Shown piece by piece: positions 26,671 to 40,723 of a DNA stretch of 64,000 nt. The first letter of the stretch is position 1; the number at the start of each line of letters is the position of its first letter. The notes under the pieces were generated by a model that saw only the letters and a list, made by a program, of their open reading frames with translations, ran no database searches and was not told the DNA's origin. Source of the stretch: Octopus bimaculoides (lineage: Eukaryota); contig NC_068982.1 of the NCBI RefSeq assembly GCF_001194135.2, positions 142,338,190 through 142,402,189 of the forward strand, in the 5' to 3' direction. Made by a program: the position numbers and the translations under genes.

Positions 26671-27093
26671 TCCTGGAAATATTATTTCGAAATCATTTTT
26701 ATTAGATATCAATCAATGTCTCCGATTTCCAAATTAATTTCTGTATACGAGGCAATTTATCACTCTATAGAATAGAAGATACAGTTTGTTGTCAATAGGA
26801 ATAGAGAAGTAATGTCAAAGGTTATAGGAATCATCTGATATCCAATATCTATTGAAAATAACTCATAATCCCTCATCGACATTTACTACAGCATTTTGAC
26901 CATAATTTAACACATTCTGTTTATCTAATATGATATCGTATAGATGACCTCTTTCGGGAATACGCCAATGATTTATACTTAGAATACAGACATGGGTGTG
27001 TGCGTATATATATATATATATATATATATATCCTGTGTATGTGTGTATGTGCCTCTATATGCGCGTATGCATATATATATGTGTGTGAGTGTG

Positions 27094-27124
<31 letters not shown>

Positions 27125-27461
27125 ATCTATGTATGCGTACTTATTTGTATGTATCAGTGTGGTGATATATAGAGAATTATACCCGTTCACACGCGTTCGC
27201 ACATTTGCATGACAGTCGGTACAGTATAAGGGAAACCCTAGGTGTCATTCTCAGTATGTACCCCTACCTCTGTGTGCCTGAATATCCATACATACATACA
27301 TACATACATACATACATACATACATCCATACATACATACATACATGCATGCATGCATATATGCATATATATAAAAAAGATGAATAACAGAACTGCCTAAA
27401 AATTGGGAAATTATTCCTACTGAATCGACCGCTTTGCGTAATTCGAAAACATAAAGTTGCG

Positions 27462-27508
<47 letters not shown>

Positions 27509-28865
27509 GTGTGTTTGAATACAGTTTTGTGCGTGCGTCTGTGTGTGTGTACGTTTGTGAGTATTTTGTCTGTCTGTATACGCACACACGCATACACACG
27601 TACACGCTCAGATATGCATACGTACTTAAATTAGATATAGAGAACCAGTTGGATAAATAGATTATTTTGGTAGGTATTTCTATTGCTTCTTTGGTAATCA
27701 ATGTTTTTATTTTCAATATTGACGGATACGATATTGTATACCGTTCCATGAGTATATATAGCGTCCCAGACATTTAACAGAGCAATATAAATTCATTTAT
27801 AATTATATACGCTACAGAAAACTCTGTTCACAATCTTACCCAATAACTGTTGAATCAATCCCTCTGAAATTGTGAGATCGAAGTCTCATAATTAGAAGCC
27901 GAAATATATTAAATTCAAATCAATTATTCATTCAGCATTGATTAAAACATTCGAAGGAGTCAGTCTTTATTTGTTGCGATTTTGCCACTATGTTTTTATG
28001 GATCACTGCAACCTGCTTTTTATGTCTCACAACCGGCACCAACACAAGTTATAGCTTCCATAAATAAATGCACTTTTAACTTCTTTCTCTACTATGTTCC
28101 AACCGATTTTCTTTGTCTTTTTTTTTCTCTCGGTCAAATGATGTTACATCAAATATAGAAGCTCCAAATATACTGAATAAATTAAATTACCTCCGTAAAA
28201 GAAACAAAATATTTAATATATTCTAAATTAACCACCACATTTCTGAAAGAAAATGTTTCACAGATATTTATTAGGAAAGGCATTCTTACTATAGCCAACT
28301 ATAGCCTATTTAAGAACATGTTTAGGAAACATTACCTAACGTATCTTTCTAAATGTTACGATGGAAGTATATATTCTGAGTAATATTATAAGAAGGTTCT
28401 CAATGAATAGTTGTCACTGATATCACAGCTACTAATTATATAAATCAACCAGAATAAACATTTTATTCTCGGAGACAAATTATAACACGGATTTTCACCT
28501 AACAGGTATTTATACATATATGTATGTCTTGGTGTGTGCGCGCACTCATGTGTTTATCTACTGTGACATGGGAGCTATAGGAATATTTGGTTTTATAGAG
28601 GCCTAAACGTGAAATTTGGGGAGGTTACACGATTGCATTTACACCAAAACATATTAAATTCAAATCCCACCAAGGTCAAATTTTACCGTCATATCTGTAG
28701 TTATAGGGTCAAATAATCTACCAGTGAGGACTAAAGTCGATGTCATTTACTAAACTTGCCCTAAAAAGTGTTGGTTTCGTACCTTCGTTGGAGAAACATA
28801 ATACAATATTCTTATCTAAATACACTTGTGCATACATACATATTACGTAGGTATACACCCCTCTG

Positions 28866-28970
<105 letters not shown>

Positions 28971-29577
28971 GAAGGTTTGAAAATGCACTTATTTTTTTTT
29001 AAATATTCATTTACTTAACCGGTTTCACTTTTTTAGAAAAAGATTATCAAAAGTCTTTGAGAATNNNNNNNNNNNNNNNNNNNNNNNNNNNNNNNNNNNN
29101 NNNNNNNNNNNNNNNNNNNNNNNNNNNNNNNNNNNNNNNNNNNNNNNNNNNNNNNNNNNNNNNNNNNNNNNNNNNNNNNNNNNNNNNNNNNNNNNNNNNN
29201 NNNNNNNNNNNNNNNNNNNNNNNNNNNNNNNNNNNNNNNNNNNNNNNNNNNNNNNNNNNNNNNNNNNNNNNNNNNNNNNNNNNNNNNNNNNNNNNNNNNN
29301 NNNNNNNNNNNNNNNNNNNNNNNNNNNNNNNNNNNNNNNNNNNNNNNNNNNNNNNNNNNNNNNNNNNNNNNNNNNNNNNNNNNNNNNNNNNNNNNNNNNN
29401 NNNNNNNNNNNNNNNNNNNNNNNNNNNNNNNNNNNNNNNNNNNNNNNNNNNNNNNNNNNNNNNNNNNNNNNNNNNNNNNNNNNNNNNNNNNNNNNNNNNN
29501 NNNNNNNNNNNNNNNNNNNNNNNNNNNNNNNNNNNNNNNNNNNNNNNNNNNNNNNNNNNNNNNNNNNNNNNNNNNNN

Positions 29578-30089
29578 CATATACACATACACACATATGA
29601 GCACACACAACACCCTAACAAATATTAATCACACACATACACACTCACACAAACGTGCACACACATACACACACCATCCTACCATAGATAAAACACACAA
29701 TGCTCATATACACATGCTACACACGCACGCACGCACACAAACATAGACATACACATACATATGAACCATCACACACATACGTTTGCTTACACACACACAC
29801 ACACCACAATGATATTTAAAACAAAACACCCACTCAGGCAGAGAGACACCCACACACACCCACACTCACACAAAACACTCCCACGCACACACACAGATGC
29901 ACACATACATACACACACATACGCACACATACGTACACACCCTCACACATACATACGGTTGCTCTCACACACACACACACCACAAGGACGATCAAAACAA
30001 CACATACATACTCAGACAAAGAGATATACGCACACTCTCACGTACACACACCTAACATCCCCACCGACACAAAAAACGCTCAAACACAC
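29578..30089. repeat. Degenerate (CA)-rich low-complexity tract between two gaps
   Basis: Read directly from the sequence; it explains the HTHT ORFs. Confidence 0.9.
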
Positions 30090-31725
30090 NNNNNNNNNNN
30101 NNNNNNNNNNNNNNNNNNNNNNNNNNNNNNNNNNNNNNNNNNNNNNNNNNNNNNNNNNNNNNNNNNNNNNNNNNNNNNNNNNNNNNNNNNNNNNNNNNNN
30201 NNNNNNNNNNNNNNNNNNNNNNNNNNNNNNNNNNNNNNNNNNNNNNNNNNNNNNNNNNNNNNNNNNNNNNNNNNNNNNNNNNNNNNNNNNNNNNNNNNNN
30301 NNNNNNNNNNNNNNNNNNNNNNNNNNNNNNNNNNNNNNNNNNNNNNNNNNNNNNNNNNNNNNNNNNNNNNNNNNNNNNNNNNNNNNNNNNNNNNNNNNNN
30401 NNNNNNNNNNNNNNNNNNNNNNNNNNNNNNNNNNNNNNNNNNNNNNNNNNNNNNNNNNNNNNNNNNNNNNNNNNNNNNNNNNNNNNNNNNNNNNNNNNNN
30501 NNNNNNNNNNNNNNNNNNNNNNNNNNNNNNNNNNNNNNNNNNNNNNNNNNNNNNNNNNNNNNNNNNNNNNNNNNNNNNNNNNNNNNNNNNNNNNNNNNNN
30601 NNNNNNNNNNNNNNNNNNNNNNNNNNNNNNNNNNNNNNNNNNNNNNNNNNNNNNNNNNNNNNNNNNNNNNNNNNNNNNNNNNNNNNNNNNNNNNNNNNNN
30701 NNNNNNNNNNNNNNNNNNNNNNNNNNNNNNNNNNNNNNNNNNNNNNNNNNNNNNNNNNNNNNNNNNNNNNNNNNNNNNNNNNNNNNNNNNNNNNNNNNNN
30801 NNNNNNNNNNNNNNNNNNNNNNNNNNATATATATATATATATATATATACAGAAATATATAAAAACACAACGCTCATTATTATATTAGGAGATTAGCAGT
30901 GACCGTCCTTGGAAATTATTAGGTTTGCTGTATATATGGGTATATATATATATATATATGCCGGCATGTTTACGTACACATACATAACGACACGCGCGTG
31001 CACACACATGCACATACATATGCATGTTTATCAAAGGTTCCTTCTCTCACCTTCTCTTCCATCTTTCTCTCCCGCTTTCCATCTCTATCTCCCTCCCCAC
31101 ACTCTTTTCTGTTCTCCTCTCTATGTTTCACTTTCTCTCTCTCTTTCTCTCTCTCTCTATTTCTCACCAGCTACCACATCCTCAGTGTTCCACGGGGGTG
31201 AAATGTGAGACGACCAAATGCCTACGTAGCCACCTAAATCACTTAGCGAAAAACGGAACATGCGAGAATATTAGTATACTTTTTCGAGTTTTTATTGTCT
31301 GATTATTATACTTGTAATAAGAAAACCACCTCAAAAAAGCATTTCTTTATTAGACTGTAAGGTTAAAAACATGATGTTATGTGAAATGTTTGGGTCCAAG
31401 ACAAAATGACTGACATAAATATTGATTTTAATATTTCTATTTTCTCACGTATATTGCTTGTACAGGTTTTCCATTTATATAGGATTACCTTGTTATGATT
31501 TTTGACTACATTACGCGTCAAAGGCTCTGTGTTTCCGTAACATTAAAATATATTGAACAGTATACTCAAATGCATACACACACGCGCACGCACACGCACA
31601 CACACATACACACACAAACACACACACACATATGTGTGCGTGTGCGTGTGCGTGTGTGTGTGTATATATATATAATATCATGTTATATATATATAGTACA
31701 TGCACATATATATGCATGCACGCAT

Positions 31726-31820
31726 AGGCGCTGGTGTATATGTTAAGTAGCTTGCTTACGAACCACATGGTTCCGAGTTCAATTCCACTGCATGGCACCT
31801 TAGGAAAGTGTCCTCTTTCA
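31726..31820 (+). mobile_element. tRNA-derived SINE head followed by (TA)n(GA)n
   Basis: aggcgctggtg...gaaccacatggttccgagttcaattccactgcatggcaccttaggaaagtgtc; B-box GAGTTCAATTCC. Confidence 0.75.
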
Positions 31821-31831
31821 CAAATATATAT

Positions 31832-31852
<21 letters not shown>

Positions 31853-31878
<26 letters not shown>

Positions 31879-31990
31879 TGAGAGAGTGAAAGAGAGAGAG
31901 AGAGGGAGAGAGAGGGAGTGGGAGAGAGAGAGAGAGGGAGAGAGAGAGGGAAAGAGAAATGGAGAGAGAGAGAGAGAGGGAGAGAGAGAA
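31853..31990. repeat. (GA)n / GGGA purine-rich microsatellite
   Basis: Read directly from the sequence. Confidence 0.95.
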
Positions 31991-32164
31991 TAAAATAAAT
32001 ATCAGCAGTTTTTGTTTCTACTCCTGATAGGATATAGCATAGTTAATATACGTAAGGTGCACTGAAGTCGAGTGTATTGGTAAGGTTTGCCTGGTATGTT
32101 ATTTCACGTCCATTCAAACACTGTAACAGGAATTCCTAGATACAGTACACGCCTAAATCTCTAG

Positions 32165-32335
32165 TATTCCTTACGACATAAATTGGCTTTATGTCGAGCT
32201 GGGCATGATAGCAATCTAACTTACCTCAATTTACAAAGCGTACAATTCGGCTTAATAAATGAGGGATTCGTTAAGACATACAATGACTTTCAAGAACAAA
32301 TAGATAGAATCATGTCTGCTCGAATGCCTGTATTG
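32165..32335 (+). CDS. Candidate exon (171 nt, phase 0-0), YSLRHKLALCRAGHDSNLTYLNLQSVQFGLINEGFVKTYNDFQEQIDRIMSARMPVL
   Basis: 57 open codons between ctctag| and TTG|GTAAAT. The pyrimidine tract is weak. NLTYLNL is loosely LRR-like, as an impression only. Confidence 0.3.
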
Positions 32336-33412
32336 GTAAATCACCTCTATTAGAGCTGAGCTGGGATAAACAACTAACTTCAACAGCAACAGCAATTAAT
32401 ATTTCTTAATCAGTAGAACCTGAATTTAATTCACAATCGTAGCTATTATTGTTTCTAGTACGCCGTTAACAAAACGAAACCTTGTTTTGATTTAATAAAT
32501 CATCGAAATTAATTATTACTAAACTTAATAAAACCGAAGATTATTTGTTAAAATACGTTCCTCAAATAATCGATCGGATATTATGCAGCATCTGTTACAA
32601 ATGAAGAAAAAGCATGAAAAATATGAAGAAAAAAAAAAGCATTATGCGAAAATATTAAATACGGTGAAAAAGGACAGCGTTTGCTCATAAAATAAAACCA
32701 AATAAAACATTACAGCTATTTTTGAAAGATGCGCAAAAGGGAATGCGGCAATTGTTTGTTGAAACGAAGTTTGACAGAGTCTAAAAAGACTGCTCTTGTT
32801 AGATTTGTATGATCGTGCACTCAAAATGAAAGTTGGATTTTTTTTAAAAATAACATCCACTTCCTCATGAGACCTTCAGCAACATGATCTTTTGTGAGGA
32901 AGATAAAAAGTCTGATAATTTTGCTAAATGTAAAATGCTATGTGTGTCTTTCGGATTCTTGATGTGTTAGCCACTCTGAGATGGCACATTTTCTGAAACT
33001 AACTGGATATAATATTTGTCAGCTATTAAAAGCCAGCGGTTCGTGAAACACAGGAGACTAGATGTTAAGGAAATCGGTATCAGAGCAAGAGAATATTTTA
33101 TGATCGATATGCAGAGAAATTATTTATATTATTAGCAAAGTACAAGAAGTACTCAACACCTAGTATAGAACAGTCAAGAATGGGGAATGGGGATGTATAT
33201 GATACCACTAATAGCCGGATTCTCTATTTAAATTATCATATTTTTCCATTGTCCACGTAAACGATTCTGAATAGATCATAAACAGTCTAGAACAACTTCA
33301 TCACTTGAAAAATCGAAATACTTTAAAAACTTCAATGTGAAATTAGAATAAGTTAAATTACTTTCATTTTCTGTCAGTCTACTCCAAAAATTTACACACA
33401 TTCTTAAATGAT

Positions 33413-33460
33413 AATAATAACAATAACCATAATAACAGCAACAACAATAACAACAACAAT

Positions 33461-33544
<84 letters not shown>

Positions 33545-33590
33545 TATGATAATAATAATAATTACAACAATAATGATGAGGATTATAATA
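33413..33590. repeat. (CAA)n(TAA)n compound trinucleotide array
   Basis: Read directly from the sequence. Confidence 0.95.
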
Positions 33591-33699
33591 AAAACAGCCC
33601 AATTTACTGACCACTGGTGTCGCAAAAATATATAGATCAGAGATTAAGGCTAGTGGAGATTTACTTAAACACATTTAAATTATTCTTTTCTATTCTAGG

Positions 33700-33835
33700 A
33701 ACAAGGCCAGAATTTTTTAGGAGGAAGCCGGTCGATTAGATCGACACCAGTAAGCAACTAGTATTTAATTTATCGATCCCAAACGGATGAAATTCAAAGT
33801 CGACCTCAGGGGAATTTGAACTCAGAACGTAAAGA
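33700..33835 (-). mobile_element. tRNA-derived SINE with truncated head (family of 60325-60530)
   Basis: Reverse complement contains ttctgagttcaaattcc..gaggtcgactttg and cgataaattaaatactag; the A-box region is missing. Confidence 0.75.
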
Positions 33836-33886
33836 AACTATAGCATAGGCTACTTTATTTTTACAAATATATATATATAGTGATGC

Positions 33887-34650
33887 ATCATTTCACATGC
33901 ATATTGTCAAGTTGACAGCAAAGAGCAGACAACTGGCAGGGTGGATACTGAGGACATTCCGTACAAGGGATCAAAAAGTCATGTTGATTCTATGGAAGAC
34001 ATTTGTCCTGAGCCGCCTAGACTATTGCTCTCAGTTGTGGTCACCACACAGTGTTAAGCGGACAGCAGAACTCGAGGCAATTCAGCGTCACTATACAAAA
34101 AAGATCGCCACAGTCCAACAGATGAACTACAGGGAGCGACTGAAGGCACTAAGTCTCTACTCCCTGGAGCGCAGGCGGGAGAGATATGTAATAATATACA
34201 TATGGAAAATATTAGAAGGACTGCTGCCAAACTTTGGCATCAAGTACTACAAGAATGCCCACACAAGTCGCCTCTGCATGGTACCAAAGCTGCCGTCCAC
34301 TGCGTCTCACATAAGAACGAGGTACTGCAACAACCTCGGTTTCAGAGGACCTCAGCTCTTTAATGCCCTACCAAAACATGGATATAGAGGTCTTCAAGAC
34401 AAAACTCGACGCTTTCCTCTCCACGATACCAGACGAACGAATGGGTCGCATGAGACACAGTTTAGGGCAACGATGTCAAATTCTCTTATACACCAGATGT
34501 ACCATCAAAACTCTTGATTGGACTATATCAGGTGGAGGAGAAGAACCATGCACGGAACGTGAAGGGAGCACAGCATAAAGACGGAAAGTCACAGTGGTGC
34601 TCCAGCATGACCACAGCCACTTGGTTGAAACCCATACATAAATAAATAAA
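33887..34650 (+). mobile_element. 5'-truncated CR1/L2-type LINE: RT C-terminal ORF (33897-34517) plus 3' UTR tail
   Basis: ORF ..GWILRTFRTRD..LWKTFVLSRLDYCSQLWSP..LEAIQRHYTKKI..NYRERLKALSLYSLERRRERYVIIYIWKILEGL is the typical CR1/L2-group post-RT region. The tail is GGTGCTCCAGCATGACCACAGC followed by (TAAA)n. Confidence 0.92.
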
Positions 34651-34842
34651 AAATAAATATATACATACATACATACATGCATACCTCATATGTACATACA
34701 GACGTCGGTATGTACATGCATTGCAGAAGTCGGGAGATTCATGTGTTAATATTTATGAAATTTATCAGCCCATGAGTCACTTTGTTGCTTCTGCTAAACA
34801 CACACACACACACACACACACCCACACACACACACATACACA

Positions 34843-34892
<50 letters not shown>

Positions 34893-36442
34893 NNNNNNNN
34901 NNNNNNNNNNNNNNNNNNNNNNNNNNNNNNNNNNNNNNNNNNNNNNNNNNNNNNNNNNNNNNNNNNNNNNNNNNNNNNNNNNNNNNNNNNNNNNNNNNNN
35001 NNNNNNNNNNNNNNNNNNNNNNNNNNNNNNNNNNNNNNNNNNNNNNNNNNNTATATATATATACACACAATTAAGGATCAGCAAATAATTTATATATATA
35101 TATATATTTAAAACAAGTTGTTTTTCTCTTTATATATATATATATAATAAAGGCGGACATTGTGAGGAGAAAATTTATCACAAGCACAAATTTCATTATT
35201 AAAATTAATTTAATATTCTATTGGTTGTTATTTGTAAGGTTTACTCATTGATCCGATATGAAATTTCAATATGGTTTTAGTCTATTAGAAAAACAAAATA
35301 TAGCATAGGCTACTTCATTATTCCAAATATATAAAATCCATTAAGGATCTCTCATTCAACGATTCAGTAATATTCATGAATAGCTTCGATTGTATTTAAG
35401 CTAAATTTAGCGGTTTACAATCAACATTAATAAACCTCAACTCACAAATTCGTTCTAATATTATAGATAAGTCACGTTGAGCTGTACGAAAATCGAAATG
35501 CAGTCATCGGATGCGGAAAACGAAAAATAATAGAATTGTACACACACGTCCGTATTTCTCTGATGTATATACATATATACGCGTGACGTTGGAATAATCA
35601 CATTTATACTCGGATAGACACTTACATTCACATACATACATTAATGCATACATTCACATACATACATTAATGCATACATACTTACATATATACACGAATA
35701 CATGTGTACATACAAATATAATACGTACACAAACATACATACATACATACATACGTACATACATACAAACGTACCTACATACATACATACATGCAGACAG
35801 ACAGAATAGACATACATACGTGCAAGTACGTCTGTAGGTGCAGTGTATCATATACTCTTTTTCACAGATTTTTCGAAGCGTATTTCAGCCTTGCAACTTG
35901 TACCATTCCGAGCTTGTTCTAACCCCATGTGCCACGCAACGGCACACAACTCGGTGCCATCTATTTTAAACCCTACATTCATAAATACACGCTTGTATCT
36001 AGAACATAAAACATAGTAGAAGTACTTTACATGCTTTTCCATTTACATGTGATGCTAGTGAAATGCAATCTATCCTTCGTGACTTGTCACACACAATATC
36101 CTCAACAAGGAAAAGCTGTTTACCATTTGTTTCGTCAACACAAAATACACATATCTGTGGTTGTGTTCATAATGAGTCCACGTAGCAACTATTTTTTTTT
36201 TACAGTTCGATTTCGCATCACGACATGTTGGTTATGTACGGGTTTTAGCATGTCATCGTCTGGTTGATGTAAATCTTGTGACTCGAAGTAATTAAACATG
36301 GTGTTGTTGGAGTGACTGTATTTCCTGCTCTTAAGTAAAGGTCTTCACCCGCCACCCAGTTTAAGAACTCTACTTGGCTGTTTGTGAATTCATAACAGCA
36401 TTGAATGAGTCGTAAACATTCATGCTAGATTTTCTTCCTTAG

Positions 36443-36522
36443 GATAACATTTTTGTTCTTCGTATTTATCAAGGACACCATGAATTAGATGGGGAAAATG
36501 CTGTGCTTCTCTTCCTCCTATG
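36443..36522 (+). CDS. Candidate exon (80 nt, phase 0-2), DNIFVLRIYQGHHELDGENAVLLFLL
   Basis: Acceptor ttttcttccttag|, donor TG|GTGAAT, and a single open frame. Confidence 0.3.
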
Positions 36523-39340
36523 GTGAATCCATTATCACGAATGTTACAGAAAGAAATATTTTAGAATGAAAATATCCTCGTGTTTTTGGCATTTATAATC
36601 GACAGAGTAAATCATTGTTCTTTCTGTTCTTGTTTTTGCCTAAATCCTGCTTAGGGCGGTATGAATAGAAAGACCTTCAAACAGTAACCACTTTAACTTG
36701 TTTACAGGAATAGCGTGTTTAAAATTGCATCATTCACTGTGTTCCTTTACTTTTTGAAAAATGTCAGAGATTTGAATTAGGTTGGCCAGTATTTCAAGCA
36801 CATTGCTCAACTGCATATGAAGCCCTCTTTGCGGTTCAGTTTTTACTCAATCCTGCTCAAGCGGACTTATAATCAAAATCGTCAGGGTACGTGACCGTAC
36901 CGCTCTTTTCTGCATCGGAGTATATACTGTCCTATATAAACTTTTTAAAGGCGATTCCGGAATAAATACACTGCGGAGTCAAATGAAGTGAATTGTCCTG
37001 GTGGCAGCAGAGAATTTTAATTTAATTCGGAGGCTTGGCGTTTTCTTACCTGAAATTCTACAATACGTTCACATATCATAGTCTCTTGAACTTAACTTGA
37101 CTGTAAAAATGACTTTTGATATAGCAATCTCATTTACTTAATAACTGCATCACTAAATTTGATATTTTCTAACCTTAATATCCAATAGTTACGTAATCTT
37201 TGTGAAAAACTTTGAATGGAATAATGATTATTATCTTAATGTTGTACGACATTCTTAGAACGGTTTTCTTCATTTACAACATATATTTGTAAGGAATTTG
37301 CCAAACATATGGCACAAAAAAAGAACGCATAAATGCACTATTATCTATCTACTTTGTCGCTAAATAGCAATTCAGTACATATTTTCGCAAGTAGTTACGT
37401 TACTATGAATAACAGAATAATAATATTCTTTTTCATATATGGCATACATGTTGCTAAAACTGTATGTGTGCGTGTGTGTATTCATGTGTGTGTGTGTATG
37501 TATACAGAGGACCACAGAGTGAGAGAGAGGGTGAGTGAGTTCCATTTTGGATTATTCAGAAAGAAGCTTCCCGCCAGCGTCCGTGCTTTCCGTATTTCCT
37601 TCTATAGAATTCTCGTATGTCGGTTGTTCTTACTTTACTTTTTACTTATATATATAATTTCATTTTTTTGTACTGCGACACAATTCACTTATGTCTTCTA
37701 TAGCATTTATTGATGTCATACATGATTCTATACCTAAACATTGACAGTTTTCATTACCAAAACTATAAATAATGACTTCATTTATCCGCCGGCATTGCTG
37801 ATCGTTCTCTCCTACTATACATTTTTTCTAGGTTCATGAAGCTAAAATCAATTGATGATCGATATTGGGACTAATTGCTTCTGTTTGATAGTATTTTGAT
37901 TCATTCATCTGCTATTCTAACAAATATCGAGTTGTGAGAACGTGAACATGACACGATTCTGAAATTGGAGTCTCTTTTTAAACATTTCACATCCCATTCA
38001 AAACATTATAACTCAAGGGTTTATTGCAAACCTAACACGTGAAAAGGCTTAGATTAAAAAAAGAAATAACAAACACATAACATTATTTTATCGGATATTC
38101 AACACTTGTTCTAAATGCAAACAGTGACAGCTGCTTTGAAATAGAATTAAATGACAAAACCGCATTTGTAAACTAAGATGCGAGAAAGATATTTTATAGC
38201 CATGTTTTTTTTTCCCGGTTTGATAGATGCTATAAATATTTTGTTTATTAATTGTAAAACTCCACTGCTAGGGAATTTGTTGTTAATGCATGCAAGTATG
38301 TTTTAGCACATAACATGATATTTGTGATTTTAGCGTCACCAGTGTTAATACTAATATTTGTGGAAAATTGTATCTGCGAAATAAGTTTTATATGATTGCA
38401 TATGTTTTTATTTCTTAAAATCCACGTGATGCACTTGCGGAAAAATATGGTCAGGTTATATAAAATGTAGAATATACTTTTAAATATGAAACTTCATCGA
38501 AGCATCATTTTATTGGATTTCTGCAAAAAAATCTTTAGATGTGTGGATCATAAAATTAAACAGAACTCGTTGAAATCTCTTTCATGCTATTCTCACAACG
38601 ATATTTTACAAGCATTTTGCTTGTTATTCGTTTATAATGGCATAATGAATATTCAGAGTTATATATCAAACATAGAAGTAAATGGAATTATATTGCATAG
38701 AAATCTATTCTGAACCTGCAACAAAGATAATTAATATGGTATATTATGGTATCCGTCTGTTGACACATATCTATCAAGGGGTCGAAGCTAGAAATATTTG
38801 ATCAGATCTCCCACAAATATCCCCTTACTAATGCCACAAATTATGGTATAAGTACAAAGACTGCATAATAATTGACTTTTTACTTATAGATCCGTTCAGG
38901 CTAAACGCAAACAACGGCAACAATAAAACATATTTGAAAGGGAGTATCATGTTTTAGTTTCACATTTTCTCTCCGACAATACATTCAAGAACGGATGTTA
39001 TTTAGCTTCTAAAAGTTATCAATCTCGAGGAAAGTTATCACATAGGAAAGAACGCATATATTAAAAAAAATTTCCAATAAGAAAAGAGAGAAAAAAGAAA
39101 ATACTTGAGGGTATTTGATAATCCAGTCTCGGTAAAGTTTTTCTATCTTTCGGATAAAATAAAGTTGCTGCAATTTCCGAGATTGCCTGTCAGTTGCCTT
39201 TTCATTATCCTACCACCATTCATTTTTTTTAGCGAATGGATTTCTTCCAATGTTCAGTTTCTTATAATATTATTTTATTACAGTATCACCTAGTGATATT
39301 TCAGTAGAATTGTGAGCAAGTTTTACAAGATAGAGCTCCG

Positions 39341-39440
39341 TATTATTTCTCACACTGTTTATTATTTCTTGCAAGATTTATCATTTCTTGCAATGTTTTT
39401 TTTTTATTTCTTACAATGCTTATTATTTCTCGCAATGTTT
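39341..39440. repeat. Degenerate minisatellite of about 19-bp units (attatttctYgcaatgttt), 5 copies
   Basis: Units read attatttctcacactgttt / attatttcttgcaagattt / atcatttcttgcaatgttt / ttatttcttacaatgcttt / attatttctcgcaatgttt. Confidence 0.8.
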
Positions 39441-40723
39441 CAAAATAAATTAAATATATTTAAGTATAAGTCGTGTCATATATAGAAAAAAGGTAAATGA
39501 TTGAGTGGCATTGTACTTTGCAGGAAGGTATTAAATGAAAAGAGGAAACAGATTTAAATAGAGACTGTGTCACACCTAAAATATATGCAGCGTTTTCCAG
39601 AAATGTTGTATAATAAATTTAGAAATTCCACGTTCGTACAGCAGGGGTATTTAGCTATGTTTGTTGCACACAACCTATAAATTGGTGTACATATGGCAAA
39701 ACAGAACCGAAACTACGGTTTGTTTTCTATTCACTTAAAAAGACAAGTCGGCCTAATTCCGTAAATATTCTTCACACATTTAGAAAGCTTTATTTCAAAG
39801 ATTTACAATGTTGTATTTGATGTCTATCCCAAGAGCAGCAGTGGAGAGGAAGTCTATGATTGAGAGGGGGGTCTTGCCATTATTCATAACGTGTGTTTTC
39901 TAATGTGGGCTTTGTGATTTAAATGACAGTTGTGAATTCATATCCATATGAGTGAAGCGTTCAGCATGTTGTGTACTGAGAAAAGAAAAACAAAAACACT
40001 CCCTCTTGCTTTCGCTTCTCAGTAAGTTAGTTTATTCTAAACATGGTCTACAAAATAATAAACAGCAAGGAACTGAATTCAATGTGTTTGAATGTAGCTG
40101 CTCTCTTAACTAAAGGGAATAATGATTTGGTTTGCCTGAAGCATCTATGTTTAATATATAGATAAATAAGTTTTCCAATGCCCTTTCTAATAAATTCGTT
40201 GACCAATGTTTAGTCAAATGTCAAAGGAAATAAGCTAGATAGCTTCGAGATACAGGGTAAACCTGATTATATTTTGATGTTCACAATGTTGGTAATGCGA
40301 TTATTTAATACAATTTACACTTTTAAAAAGTAACTAAAACCCCCCTTGAACTATGTTAAACTCGTTATGAAATATTAAACACGGCGGATTTTCTTTTCAT
40401 CTGAAGAATGATTCTGCAACCAAGTAAATTCAAATTTCAGATAATTTATCTTAATATAAATAATAATGACTAATTGCGTGTTTTATGATTACGAGATGCA
40501 ATTTGTGGCTTACATTTTAATGAACACTAAACACTTCATCAATTTTAAGGCAAGTTACTGCATCTTCATATATCACCACATCAAAATCATCGTATAATAG
40601 TTCATATTTTGTTCTACGGACATACTACATTGAAAATATCATGCATCCCAATACATTAAATAAATATTTCCTGTTCATATAAATCACCAAGTGAGGTTCA
40701 GAGAGTGAAATATTCAATCATAC

